Notes: a model not told the origin generated them from the letters alone. DNA of 64,000 bases from Synechococcus sp. (GCA_047284725.1 JBJBEO010000001.1:1112203-1176202); one strand, 5' to 3'; shown: positions 1-10,037, counted from the first letter of the stretch. Numbers and translations are program-made.

Positions 1-60
1 GCGTCGTTGACGATCGCCCGTTGAAGGCGAGAATCACTGCATTGCAGGATCTTGTTGGGG

Positions 61-306
61 ATGTCAACGAGTTGGTCGGATCTCAGACGTCGTGTTGCCC
101 GGATCGGAGCCTCGCTTGATGTGGTGGTTCGCAGCGATCCTGAGGTCTGTGGCTTGAGTGGATCGGGCTATCACCTCACCCTCCATCACAGCGGCTACGG
201 CGACTGCACCGTTGGTGATCTCAGCCTGATCGACTGCCCCAACGAGCTTGTGGTGATCGAATTTGAACGTTGGATGCGTGGTGCAGGCCACGTGTTTGTG
301 CCATGA
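61..306 (+). CDS. small hypothetical protein
   Basis: ORF from ATG61; stop overlaps next start (ATGA at 303-306). Confidence 0.65.
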   Translation: MSTSWSDLRRRVARIGASLDVVVRSDPEVCGLSGSGYHLTLHHSGYGDCTVGDLSLIDCPNELVVIEFERWMRGAGHVFVP

Positions 307-722
307 ACCCGGCACGGTTTCAACGCCCGACGTCTGCTGATCGGGAAGCTCGGGTGTTCCGTCGGCGTCGACGTCCTGTGCTGCCCCCTTGGCGTCAGGG
401 CCTGGAAGGAACGCTGATGTTGCTATTGGGGGTTGGCTCACTCGCCTTGCTGACCTGGCTTCCTCAGCGGATTGATCCCCTGCTGATGGTCAGCGAGATA
501 ATCGCTGATCTCATCCAGGGTGTGGCGCAATTGCTGGAAGCGCTGCTGGGACTGGGCTCGGTGTTGTTGCTGGCAGCGTTTCTGCTGCTCGGTTTGGTCT
601 GCCTGTGCGGAGGGGCTGCACGGCTTGTGCGTGCCGTTGTGCGGATCATGCGTGCGCCGCCCAGCCCTCAACGACGCAAGCGTTCCCCTGGTGTGCGACG
701 GACGCCTGCACGACGGAGATGA
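303..722 (+). CDS. hypothetical membrane protein (2 hydrophobic segments, basic termini)
   Basis: ATGA-coupled to upstream gene; Leu-rich TM-like stretches. Confidence 0.65.
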   Translation: MNPARFQRPTSADREARVFRRRRRPVLPPWRQGLEGTLMLLLGVGSLALLTWLPQRIDPLLMVSEIIADLIQGVAQLLEALLGLGSVLLLAAFLLLGLVCLCGGAARLVRAVVRIMRAPPSPQRRKRSPGVRRTPARRR

Positions 723-731
723 GCCCTTCGC

Positions 732-1211
732 TCAGGGTTTCATGCGGGGAGACAGGGCTTTCTGAAGCGACCACAGTTCAGCAAGGCTGACCAGACCGTC
801 ACGGTTGAGATCAAGACTTCTGAAATGACGAGCGACCCAGGGCAGTGCCTGGGCTTCGCGCCTGTTGAGTTGACCATCGCCGTTCCGGTCGGCGCGCCTG
901 ACATGGTGCTGGAGTCGGCGGCCACTGTGATGTGGAGAACGCTGATGCAGATCTTCCAGCAACAGAAAGCCACGGGAGTCGGGGCGACGCAGGCGACGTT
1001 CGAGATAGGCCTGACCACGCACCTCGGCCGGAACCAAACGACCATCTCCGTTCGCATCCATGCGCACGAACATGGCCTCCATGCGTTGGCCGTACAGCCT
1101 GATCTCCTCCTGGCTGGAGGCGGGTCGCAGCCACCCATCCATGCTCAGCACTGACGCAGCCAGGCCGATGGCGATCACGCTGTGGTGGAGGTGGGGCTGC
1201 AAACGTGTCAT
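732..1211 (-). CDS. secreted EF-hand domain protein
   Basis: signal-like N-terminus; loops DANGDGRLVPAE, DRNGDGQLNRRE, DLNRDGLVSLAE. Confidence 0.85.
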   Translation of the reverse strand: MTRLQPHLHHSVIAIGLAASVLSMDGWLRPASSQEEIRLYGQRMEAMFVRMDANGDGRLVPAEVRGQAYLERRLRRPDSRGFLLLEDLHQRSPHHSGRRLQHHVRRADRNGDGQLNRREAQALPWVARHFRSLDLNRDGLVSLAELWSLQKALSPRMKP

Positions 1212-1240
1212 GGCGACAGCCTATGCAGTCTGAAGACGGA

Positions 1241-1261
1241 GGTCATGACTGAATCATGACC
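1241..1261. promoter_or_regulatory. putative OmpR-family operator (TCATGAC x2, 11-bp period)
   Basis: GGTCATGACTGAATCATGACC between divergent EF-hand and response regulator genes. Confidence 0.45.
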
Positions 1262-1351
1262 GGAATCAGGGGAGCTGTGACAGGGTTCAAGAACTGCAGA
1301 CAGCGGCCGTCTCGCTCCATACGATCAGCCCAGTCGCCGGCTTCGGTTGCC

Positions 1352-2077
1352 ATGGGGCGTTCAGCAATGATTTGGGTTGTGGACGACGACCCCGATCTGC
1401 GGCAGATGGTCGGAACCTATCTGATTGATCAGGGCTACGACGTGCGTTGCCTCAGTGATGTGAAGCAGTTTGAGGCGAGGCTGGAGTTTCAGCGCCCCGA
1501 TCTGGTGGTGTTGGATCTGATGATGCCTGGCGATGACGGGCTGACGGCCCTGCGTCGCCTGCGCGATGGCGGGGATGACTTGCCGGTTGTCATGCTCACC
1601 GCGCGGGGTGAAGGCGTCGATCGCATCATCGGTCTTGAACAGGGCGCCGACGATTACCTGGGCAAGCCGTTTCTCCCCAGGGAGCTGTCTGCACGGATTG
1701 ATGCCGTGCTCCGTCGGCGCAGTGCACTGCCCGCTGGAACACCGGTGGTGGATGGCGGTGACGTGAGTTTCGGGGAGAATGTGCTCAACCTTTCGGCGCG
1801 CACCCTGGTCCGTGCAGGCACGCCCGCGGTGATCACCAGCGGTGAATTCAGCCTTTTGGCTGCATTCGTGCAGCACCCTCATCGCCCGCTGTCGCGGGAA
1901 CGGTTGATTGAGTTGGCCAGGGGGCCTGGCTGCGACACCGACAGCCGCAGCATGGACGTTCAGGTCTCGCGGGTCCGCAAATTGGTGGAACCCGACCCCA
2001 GCCGCCCGCGCTATATCCAAACTGTCTGGGGCTACGGCTATGTGTTTGTTCCTGATGGGTCTCCGCGCTCCCGCTGA
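1352..2077 (+). CDS. OmpR-family response regulator
   Basis: VVDDD, LDLMMP, KPF receiver motifs; wHTH end YIQTVWGYGY. Confidence 0.95.
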   Translation: MGRSAMIWVVDDDPDLRQMVGTYLIDQGYDVRCLSDVKQFEARLEFQRPDLVVLDLMMPGDDGLTALRRLRDGGDDLPVVMLTARGEGVDRIIGLEQGADDYLGKPFLPRELSARIDAVLRRRSALPAGTPVVDGGDVSFGENVLNLSARTLVRAGTPAVITSGEFSLLAAFVQHPHRPLSRERLIELARGPGCDTDSRSMDVQVSRVRKLVEPDPSRPRYIQTVWGYGYVFVPDGSPRSR

Positions 2078-2089
2078 GGATGCGATCTG

Positions 2090-3439
2090 ATGGGACGCAG
2101 GCACTCCTGGACACTGCTCTTCCGGGCGTTGATCGGATGGAGTGCCCTTGGGTTCGGCAGTTGGGCTCTGTGTCTGCTGATGTTGCAGATGTTGTTCGGA
2201 CGGCAGGTCGAAGCGCTGCAGACCGTGCAGTTGGGCAGAGATCTGGCCCTGAATGTGCGGCTGGCCGAGTTGGCGCTCGAGCGCTATCCACCCCATCTGG
2301 TCTCTGAGCTCACGGGCCTCGATCTGGCGGTGGTGCAACAGCCCTCCAGTGACCCGCCAGCGTCACCTTCTTTGCAGCGTCAGGCCCAGGCCTTGCAGGA
2401 GGAACTGTGCCGCCGATTGGCGCACTGCCCGATGGTGGTGGCCAATGGTCAACGCTGGGATGTCTGGGTGGAGTTGATCTCGCCCCTCGAACCGATCTGG
2501 CTGCGGGTAAAGCTGCGTTCGCCCATGGCTTGGCCACCGGAACCAACGTTGATGGTGCTGGCGCTGTTGGGAGCAGGCGTCAGTTGTGGGGCGCTCTTTC
2601 TTCTGCTTGAGGTGGAACGCCCTCTCCGTGGCCTGGAGAAAGCCCTTGCTCGCGTGGGCGATGGGGAGGATCCCGATGCGGTGCAGGCCCAGGGCGCTCC
2701 AGAGGTGCAGCGCATCACCCACCACTTCAACGCCATGCTGCAGCGGCTTGCTCAGAACAGACGCGATCGAGCCACCATGTTGGCCGGCATTGCCCACGAT
2801 CTCCGCGCACCGATTACGCGTCTGCAGTTCCGCTTATCCATGCCGGTCCTGTCGGCGGAAGAGCGGGATCGCTGTTCAGGAGATCTGCAATCACTGGAGA
2901 GGATTACCGGGCAGTTTCTTCTGTTTGCAGGTGGCGGTGATGGGGAGGAGCCGGTGGATTTGCCCTTGGATCAACTCCTGGCGGAAGTCTGCACCAGTCA
3001 CCCTCCAGATCAGCTGCAGCTCAACCTCGATCCGGTGCAGGCTGCTGTCAAACCCGTGGCGCTCGGGCGTGCGGTGGCCAATTTGATCGACAACGCCTTC
3101 ACCTATGGCTCAGCTCCTGTGGTCGTGTGTCTGCGTCGTGACCATGCCGATGCGGTGATTGAGGTGTGGGATCAAGGCAAGGGCATGCCGCATGATCAAT
3201 GGGAACGGGCTTTGCTTCCGTTTCAGCGCCTGGATGAATCCCGCGGTGAGCAGGGTCATTGCGGCCTTGGCCTAGCCATTGTGTCCCATGTGGTGCGTGG
3301 CCACGGCGGCGTCTTGAGCTGTGAACGGGTCGATGGAATGACTGATCCAGGGGAGAGGGCATGGGGTCAGTTCGTGATTCGCTTCAGGCTTCCTCTCAAG
3401 GGGCATGCAAGGACTGCATCAATGGTTGAGAAAAGCTGA
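2090..3439 (+). CDS. EnvZ-like sensor histidine kinase (HAMP, HisKA, HATPase)
   Basis: H-box AHDLRAP, N-box NLIDNA, DQGKG, GLGLAI. Confidence 0.93.
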   Translation: MGRRHSWTLLFRALIGWSALGFGSWALCLLMLQMLFGRQVEALQTVQLGRDLALNVRLAELALERYPPHLVSELTGLDLAVVQQPSSDPPASPSLQRQAQALQEELCRRLAHCPMVVANGQRWDVWVELISPLEPIWLRVKLRSPMAWPPEPTLMVLALLGAGVSCGALFLLLEVERPLRGLEKALARVGDGEDPDAVQAQGAPEVQRITHHFNAMLQRLAQNRRDRATMLAGIAHDLRAPITRLQFRLSMPVLSAEERDRCSGDLQSLERITGQFLLFAGGGDGEEPVDLPLDQLLAEVCTSHPPDQLQLNLDPVQAAVKPVALGRAVANLIDNAFTYGSAPVVVCLRRDHADAVIEVWDQGKGMPHDQWERALLPFQRLDESRGEQGHCGLGLAIVSHVVRGHGGVLSCERVDGMTDPGERAWGQFVIRFRLPLKGHARTASMVEKS

Positions 3440-3499
3440 GCTCAGAGGGCCTTGCTGAGGTTTTCAGCCAGACAGGGTCTTGAGGATTGCAGCCAATCG

Positions 3500-4459
3500 A
3501 TGGCGTCAAAACATCGCCAGAAGCATGGGCGTAAAGACAAAGCCCAATCCAAGAAATCTGCTGCTGAAACACTGCCGGATGCGGTGCTGTCGGCCCTTCA
3601 TGGCAGTGAACAGGACATTCAGCTCCCATCTGAACTGCTCGACGATCTGATCGAAGGGGGGTCGCGAAAGGCAGAACGCCTGAACAAGAAGCTCTATGAG
3701 TCTGAGCTGGAACGGCTGCAGACCGATCTCGTGAAAATGCAGTACTGGGTGAAAGCCACAGGCTTCCGCATGATTGTGTTGTTTGAAGGACGGGATGCTG
3801 CCGGAAAGGGAGGAACGATCAAGCGCCTCACCGAACCGATGAACCCCCGCGGATGTCGTGTAGTGGCACTTGGCACCCCTTCCGATCAGCAAAAAAGTCA
3901 GTGGTACTTCCAGCGCTACGTGGAGCACTTTCCCAGTGCGGGCGAAATCGTGGTGTTTGATCGCAGTTGGTACAACCGCGCTGGAGTGGAGCGTGTGATG
4001 GGCTTTTGCACTGAAGCTCAGGTGGAGCATTTTCTTGAGGATTGCCCGCGTTTTGAGCAAATGCTGGTGAACAGTGGAATCCTGCTGTTGAAGTATTGGT
4101 TCTCTGTCAGTGATGTGGAGCAGGAAGCTCGCTTTCAGTCGCGGATTGACGACCCCACGCGGCGGTGGAAGCTCAGCCCGATGGATCTGGAGGCAAGAAA
4201 CCGTTGGGTGGAGTTCTCCAAGGCAAAAGATGCGATGTTTGCCCGAACGAATATTCCAGAAGCACCCTGGTTCACGGTTGAAGCGGATGACAAACGTAGG
4301 GCCCGGTTGAATTGCCTTCGCCATGTCCTGAGCAAAGTGCCCTGGGAAGACATGACTCCACCGGCGATTCAACTGCCCGAGCGTCCTCAACAAGGTGATT
4401 ACACTCGCCCGCCCATCAATGAGCAGTTTTTTGTGCCAAACGCCTATCCCTACAGTTGA
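3500..4459 (+). CDS. ppk2: polyphosphate kinase 2
   Basis: FEGRDAAGKGG, FDRSWYNR, WKLSPMD motifs. Confidence 0.95.
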   Translation: MASKHRQKHGRKDKAQSKKSAAETLPDAVLSALHGSEQDIQLPSELLDDLIEGGSRKAERLNKKLYESELERLQTDLVKMQYWVKATGFRMIVLFEGRDAAGKGGTIKRLTEPMNPRGCRVVALGTPSDQQKSQWYFQRYVEHFPSAGEIVVFDRSWYNRAGVERVMGFCTEAQVEHFLEDCPRFEQMLVNSGILLLKYWFSVSDVEQEARFQSRIDDPTRRWKLSPMDLEARNRWVEFSKAKDAMFARTNIPEAPWFTVEADDKRRARLNCLRHVLSKVPWEDMTPPAIQLPERPQQGDYTRPPINEQFFVPNAYPYS

Positions 4460-4525
4460 GATCTACAGCAGGTTCACACCCCATCGATGAATCACTGACT
4501 GGAATCGTTGTGAGGCGATGCATCA

Positions 4526-4897
4526 TCACCGCGTACCTCGGCATTGGTGGCATTGTGAGATTTTGTCTTTGTGGCCATCGGGAAGGCTGAGCAGATAGGG
4601 ATCAACATCGAACTCGTAGCCGCATGCGCAAGAAACATGATATTTCAGCTTTTTGGATTTCTTGAGCTGCTTAATCAAGGTGATTTTTCCATAGACCTGT
4701 CCCGGCTTGAACCGCTCAAGTTTGGTTCTTCCTCCTTCTGACTTTTTGGCTGCAATTTTTTTGAGGGCGTTACGAACGGATACCTCACTGCCTTTACCAA
4801 TGATTTTTGGTATTTGTGTCACTGATCTGCCCTCATTGATGTAGAGGTGCTTGATTGCCTCGAGCTCACTTGATGTGAACCCTGATTTGCTCCCCAT
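4526..4897 (-). CDS. basic hypothetical protein, HTH-like N-terminus plus CxC...CxxC motif
   Basis: 123-aa Lys-rich ORF; SCACG and CHQC. Confidence 0.7.
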   Translation of the reverse strand: MGSKSGFTSSELEAIKHLYINEGRSVTQIPKIIGKGSEVSVRNALKKIAAKKSEGGRTKLERFKPGQVYGKITLIKQLKKSKKLKYHVSCACGYEFDVDPYLLSLPDGHKDKISQCHQCRGTR

Positions 4898-5283
4898 GGA
4901 ACTTCACGGCTGCCAGGTCTGCCGACAGTTTAAATCAGGATCAATGGTGATGACCAGTGATAAGAAAGTAGCCGTTGCGCCAGGATGACATCATGCGAAT
5001 GATGATTGTCTTCGAGCTTGATCGTTCGTTCATTGGCTGTGGTTTAGCTGTGCAGCTGAGCAAACCAAAGTCCCGCAAGTTGCCAACTTGACCATAGAAA
5101 GATGGCAAGAAAAAGCCAATTCATCCATGCAGGGCGTTGCTTGTTGTCAAGCATCAGTCGTTATTCCGTAGATCTTTGATTCTCATCTGCTTCACCCGTG
5201 TTCGGTGCAGATTCTCCCAATGCTGTCATCATTTGTACGATCAAGCTGAAAGTGCTTGTATTACTGTCCTCCAGAGGCTTAAT

Positions 5284-7104
5284 TCAGAGTTTTGCTGCAT
5301 AGTCAGGGTCAAAGGGACTCAATTTATGTTTGCCGAGCATGCATGTTAATCCTTGTTTCTCGTAATTATTATCTTTAGATAAATAATAATCTGGAGGCAT
5401 TGGCAAGCCTAGTCCAAATCCTTGTGCATATTGAAAGCCGAGTGTTTGCATGTGTTTTTGATGGTCTTGTTTTTCAATGCCCTCTACGACAACAATCATG
5501 TTGATTTTTTCTGCGATCATTGCCATCGCCTGAAGGACCGCAGAGTGCTTGTCATGTTTCAATGAATCTTGAAACAGCTTCTGGTCAATTTTAAAGCCTT
5601 GGATCGGTAGTTCCAGTAGTTGGGTGAAGCCTGTAAAACCGCTACCAAAATCATCCAGTAAAATTGTCATTCCTGCTTCAACCAGTTGGAGGACCTCTGA
5701 TCGAAGGTGATCGAGATTATCAATAAAGCCTGTTTCTGTTATTTCAATGATAATTTGCTTGTTGTTGATCCATCTCGCATTTTGGATTTTTTGAAGGATT
5801 AATCGGGCCACTCCATTCTTTTTCAGCGTTAGTGCGCTTAGGTTGATGGAAAGTCTGTCCTTGCTCCTCACAATGTTCTCAATGCCATTGCAGGCAAGCA
5901 CGGATTCAAGTACAATCTGGTCAATTTCGTTGATGTTGTTCGATGATTCGAAGTACTTGACAAAGTCTAGAGGTGGCAAAAGCATGCCATTGTTAGACAA
6001 TGGTCGCATCAGAACTTCGTATCCGATGCATTGCTCGAGTCTTAGGTCAAAGATTGGTTGTAAGTGAAAAGGGATTTTGCGCGTTTCTATGATTTTTTTA
6101 GCGCTCTCTCGGATTAAATGATTTTTTGCACGGGTGATTTCAAGGTCTTTGCCGTAGTAGTGAAGATGATCAGCATTTTGTTTGGCTTGGTACATCGCAT
6201 TATCAGCTTGGCTAAGCAATTCTTTGGGAGAATTTGCGTTGTAGCCTAAGCTCGCACCGGCGCTTGATCTGACTCGAATCGAAATTTCTTGATCGCCACG
6301 GTTCACTTTGATTGGTATTTCAGTCAGCTTGGTGAGCCTCTTGATGATTTTGTCGATCGATGATTTTGCATTCTTGGTATTGATTTTGCTGGCAACGATG
6401 ACAAACTCATCGCCAGACAATCTTGAGACGACATCGCATTGTCGTGTTGCTTCAATTAGTTTGTCTGAGAATTGTTTAAGCACTTTGTCGCCAACTTCAT
6501 GGCCAAAGCCGTCATTGATCTCTTTGAATTTATTGAGGTCTAAAAAGATTAAGCCAATGGAGTCTTTTTTGCCCTGTGCGAACTCTTTTTCTAGATGCCT
6601 CGTCAGGCCTCGTCTGTTCAATAAGCCTGTCAGAGAACATGTGTCGAGGCTGTCTTGGAGGTTGTCGATCACAATGAGGTGATCAGTATTTTTCAAAACA
6701 ACAATTTTCGTATTTAATTCAACATTGATTTTTTTAATCTCGCATTCGTAGTGGCTTAATCCTGCCTCACTCTTAAGGGTTATGTTGAAGTTTCCTTCAG
6801 ATAGTTTGAGTAGTGGCTCAAGATTGGACTCGTCCTTGTCTTTCGACAACCGTCTATCTGGTTGATCGTGGTGCGCATTGATGAGTGGAGCCAAGCAGGT
6901 TGATATGTTTTGGCCAAGCATGAATAAGCGAGACTTCATCACCATTTTTTCAAACGAGTTATTGCACCACTCCAAGTTGTTATTTTCGTCGAAAATAATA
7001 ATTGGTTCGTCGACCTTGGACAAGGCAGATTCAAGCCTCGCCAGGGACCTGCGTAGCGGCTCAATCAGATTGTCTGTGCTTATTTCAAGGCTATCCGGTG
7101 TCAT
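5284..7104 (-). CDS. PAS-GGDEF-EAL diguanylate cyclase/phosphodiesterase
   Basis: LTGLLNRR, DLNKFKEIND, RQCD I-site, SGDEF; EVL, EITE, DDFGSG, EGIE, QGF; AT-rich. Confidence 0.93.
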   Translation of the reverse strand: MTPDSLEISTDNLIEPLRRSLARLESALSKVDEPIIIFDENNNLEWCNNSFEKMVMKSRLFMLGQNISTCLAPLINAHHDQPDRRLSKDKDESNLEPLLKLSEGNFNITLKSEAGLSHYECEIKKINVELNTKIVVLKNTDHLIVIDNLQDSLDTCSLTGLLNRRGLTRHLEKEFAQGKKDSIGLIFLDLNKFKEINDGFGHEVGDKVLKQFSDKLIEATRQCDVVSRLSGDEFVIVASKINTKNAKSSIDKIIKRLTKLTEIPIKVNRGDQEISIRVRSSAGASLGYNANSPKELLSQADNAMYQAKQNADHLHYYGKDLEITRAKNHLIRESAKKIIETRKIPFHLQPIFDLRLEQCIGYEVLMRPLSNNGMLLPPLDFVKYFESSNNINEIDQIVLESVLACNGIENIVRSKDRLSINLSALTLKKNGVARLILQKIQNARWINNKQIIIEITETGFIDNLDHLRSEVLQLVEAGMTILLDDFGSGFTGFTQLLELPIQGFKIDQKLFQDSLKHDKHSAVLQAMAMIAEKINMIVVVEGIEKQDHQKHMQTLGFQYAQGFGLGLPMPPDYYLSKDNNYEKQGLTCMLGKHKLSPFDPDYAAKL

Positions 7105-7466
7105 GGTATTGGTTTCAAATGAGCTCCGAAGTACCAGTCCTCACCTTGCTTTTCAGCAACAATATAGTGCTCTGAGTTGATTTCTTCTCCGTCGGCCCGT
7201 AGGGCTTTTAGATTTAATGGGTGGCCGACAACCTGCGAATTCTCTGGAGAGCTGAAATTTGAGAAGGCTAGGTGGTGTGACATCCTGAAGACTTCAGGCA
7301 GCACGAGGTCCAATGTTTTTCCTTTGATGTTAGTGATGTCCCAGCCAAAGCACGTCTTAAACTCCTTGTTGACATCAATAATCAGACCTTGATTGTTGAC
7401 CATGATGAATGGTGTGTTCTCGTTCGACATGCCTTTGAGCACTCCTCCTTCGGGATAATTGCTCAT
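7101..7466 (-). CDS. stand-alone PAS domain protein
   Basis: PAS-like IIDVNKEF...FGW...LVLPE...H...RADGEEI; stop overlaps GGDEF-EAL start. Confidence 0.85.
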   Translation of the reverse strand: MSNYPEGGVLKGMSNENTPFIMVNNQGLIIDVNKEFKTCFGWDITNIKGKTLDLVLPEVFRMSHHLAFSNFSSPENSQVVGHPLNLKALRADGEEINSEHYIVAEKQGEDWYFGAHLKPIP

Positions 7467-7782
7467 TGGGTCTAAGGCCTCACAGCTTCTCTATTCAAAC
7501 CATAGGCGAAACGATTGGTGATGGGTTTATCGATTTTTTGAAACTTAATGACTTGCGATAGTGCCCGTTCGCTTTAATTTATCTTTAATATCATATCGTT
7601 GATATGACTGCCTTGGGTAAGACTGCGCTCTGTTGGGTGTCGTTGTTAGGGGTTTGACGCTTGTCAGTCTTGGCTTGAGAGGCCATCCGTGTTGATGCGG
7701 AGCGGGTCGCTCGGTCCTTGGCTCTGATCACGCCCGAGATGCCATTAGATCAGACCGCTTCCAGTTAGGGTCTCGCCCCGCT

Positions 7783-7938
7783 CTAGGGCTGGATACGGAC
7801 TTCTGCTGGGCTTGTGGATGAGCTTCCCGTGCTTCTGCGCGGATCGTTTCCATTGCGCCAGGGTGTGAACAGCAGAAAATTGCCCATCACCAATCCTGTG
7901 GTGACGATCACTGCAAACAGCTGTTCCAGGCGGTTCAC
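7783..7938 (-). CDS. small membrane-anchored hypothetical protein
   Basis: GTG start, single hydrophobic segment LFAVIVTTGLVMGNFLLF. Confidence 0.4.
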   Translation of the reverse strand: MNRLEQLFAVIVTTGLVMGNFLLFTPWRNGNDPRRSTGSSSTSPAEVRIQP

Positions 7939-8302
7939 GTTGGCCCTGCACACAGCTCCACACAGCTGATCATGCTGTGTCAAAGCCCGACTCTGCTTGG
8001 GAAGCAGACGATTTGTTGAGGTGTTGGCACCAGGCAGTGGGCTGGCTAGGTGTGGATTATTCCACGTTTTGCAGTGGTGTCATGTCTGTGATCAAGCCGG
8101 AGGATCAGCGTCCGAAATTGGAGCGGATGGCCAGGCACTGGCCGCGGAACCTCCAGGAACACTGGCACGTGGATGAAAGGCGACGTTTGAATCTCCCCGC
8201 AACACTGCTGTCTGAGTCGATCAGACTTGGCTCAGGAAGCAGGGTTGCGACCAGATCGTTCGGTAAGCGCAAGTGCTATCTGGTCCCTCCCTGTTGAGTA
8301 GA

Positions 8303-8557
8303 TCACTGATCTGTGGTGGCTCGGAAGGCTTGAACAGTCGTGCTGGATGCACTCCAGTCAGCCGTCCGAAACGAGACTTCCTGTCCGCCAGCGCGCTTCA
8401 GATCATGCATGCCCTCAAGCTGGTTGTAGATCGAGACAAGCTGGCGTTGGATATGGTCCGTGTGGGGAAGCCCATTCAGCGTATGGAGCGCCCGCTCAAG
8501 GCTCCCTTTGGCTTCGATCAGCAAGCGACAATCCTGACTACCCGGTTCGTAGGCCAT
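8303..8557 (-). CDS. hypothetical protein (MAYEPGSQDCR...)
   Basis: protein-like helical C-terminal part of ORF 8303-8800. Confidence 0.6.
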   Translation of the reverse strand: MAYEPGSQDCRLLIEAKGSLERALHTLNGLPHTDHIQRQLVSIYNQLEGMHDLKRAGGQEVSFRTADWSASSTTVQAFRATTDQ

Positions 8558-8633
8558 TTGTCCGTGGTCGATCCTCCTATTCACCCGTGAGTTGGATGGT
8601 GATGGTGTGCCAAGCGACACCATTCCCTGCCCT

Positions 8634-9227
8634 TCATTCAGCCATTCCTCTGTCTCGTTGGGCTTCCTTGTGGTCCCAGGGGCGGGGAATGCCATCGGGC
8701 ACGCTCCAGACCCCCAGCCGCTCAGCCTTCGCCTTGGCTTCCAAGGTCTTATAGAGAAGATCGTCGCAGCGACCGAGGTGGCCATCGCGGACAAACGCAT
8801 GTCCCTGCCGGATCAGGGATTCGCCAATATCACCACGGGAGATGTTGGGGTTTGTCTGGGACACGCGATCAGTGCGTGGAAGCAGACGTCCCACCAGTCG
8901 TCCTTCAACATCCCTTGCGCGTAATTCCAACGTGATCTCCGTTCCTTCGGGGAGGAGTTCTCTCAAGGCCGCCGTCGCTTCGCTCGCCCACGGCTGTTGA
9001 TCAGGTCTCGGGGCAGCGAGGCAGCTCAGCTTCACCGCGCGACCTTGGCCTCGGCTTTCCACCAGAACTTCCTGGCCGTCATTCACCCTCAAGACTCTGA
9101 CCACTTCACGTGATTGTTGATTGGCTGCCGCCGTTGAGGCCAGAGCTGCTGCGAGGACGAGGCCCGTGAGGGCGCCCCTTCCCCACGGCTTCAAGGGGTG
9201 ATGGAGCCTTTGCATCAGGAGATCCAC
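8634..9227 (-). CDS. thermonuclease (SNase-like) family protein
   Basis: signal peptide; VNDG, RDVEGRLVG, AKAERLGVW motifs. Confidence 0.85.
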   Translation of the reverse strand: MDLLMQRLHHPLKPWGRGALTGLVLAAALASTAAANQQSREVVRVLRVNDGQEVLVESRGQGRAVKLSCLAAPRPDQQPWASEATAALRELLPEGTEITLELRARDVEGRLVGRLLPRTDRVSQTNPNISRGDIGESLIRQGHAFVRDGHLGRCDDLLYKTLEAKAKAERLGVWSVPDGIPRPWDHKEAQRDRGMAE

Positions 9228-9293
9228 GCGCTGCTCCCGCGAAGGCTACGGCGATCGTTGTCCAGTTGCCTCTCCATTGAGCATCCTGAAGCG

Positions 9294-9941
9294 ATGGCCG
9301 ACCCTTCCTCTTCTCCTTCTCCTTCGTCTGAGGATCGACGTCTCTACTTCCCGGCGACAATGCGCAACAGGGAGCCCATTGCTGCAGTGATGGCTGACTG
9401 GCTCCCCAGCGAGGGTGTGGTGTTGGAGGTCGCCAGTGGCAGCGGCGAACATGCTGTGTTTTTTCAGCAACGGTTCCCCAGGCTTCGGTGGCAAGCCACA
9501 GATCCAGATCCGTCGCATCTGGCCAGCATTGAGGCCTGGAGGGTTCACCAGGGTCTCAATGATCGGATGCCTGCAGCCTTCGGCCTGGATGTGCTGCAAC
9601 GACCCTGGCCCGTTGCGCCCGGCGCATCCATTGATGCGATTGTGGCCATCAACCTGATTCACATCGCGCCCTGGTTGTGCTGTGAAGCCCTTGTGCGTGA
9701 AGCGGCGCGATTGCTGCCTTCCCATGCTCCCTTGGTGTTGTATGGCCCGTTCCGTCGTGCAGGGGCGCATTGCAGTGAGAGCAATCTTGCCTTTGATCAG
9801 TCGCTGCGCGCTCGCTGCCCAGCATGGGGAGTCCGCGACTTGGAGGCTGTCGAGTTACTGGCGAGTGACTCGGGGTTCACTTCGATGCAGGTCAGAGAGA
9901 TGCCTGCCAACAATCTTGCCCTTGCTTTTTGGTGCTGTTGA
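9294..9941 (+). CDS. DUF938 family SAM-dependent methyltransferase
   Basis: RNREPI, VLEVASGSGEH, INLIHIAPW, SNLAFD, MPANN. Confidence 0.9.
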   Translation: MADPSSSPSPSSEDRRLYFPATMRNREPIAAVMADWLPSEGVVLEVASGSGEHAVFFQQRFPRLRWQATDPDPSHLASIEAWRVHQGLNDRMPAAFGLDVLQRPWPVAPGASIDAIVAINLIHIAPWLCCEALVREAARLLPSHAPLVLYGPFRRAGAHCSESNLAFDQSLRARCPAWGVRDLEAVELLASDSGFTSMQVREMPANNLALAFWCC

Positions 9942-10037
9942 CTTGGCATCAAGTGTCTTCGGAGTGTCTCTGGGGGTACTTCGGGGTTGCTCAGCAGGTG
10001 ATCGGTTGTTAGTTTTGGCTTGTCGAGAAGTTGCTTG

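Noticed and set aside
4476..4489. 14-bp match ACACCCCATCGATG to the intI start region (46356-46369, opposite strand)
   Set aside because: Matches of this length are expected by chance in a 64-kb self-comparison, and it does not extend.
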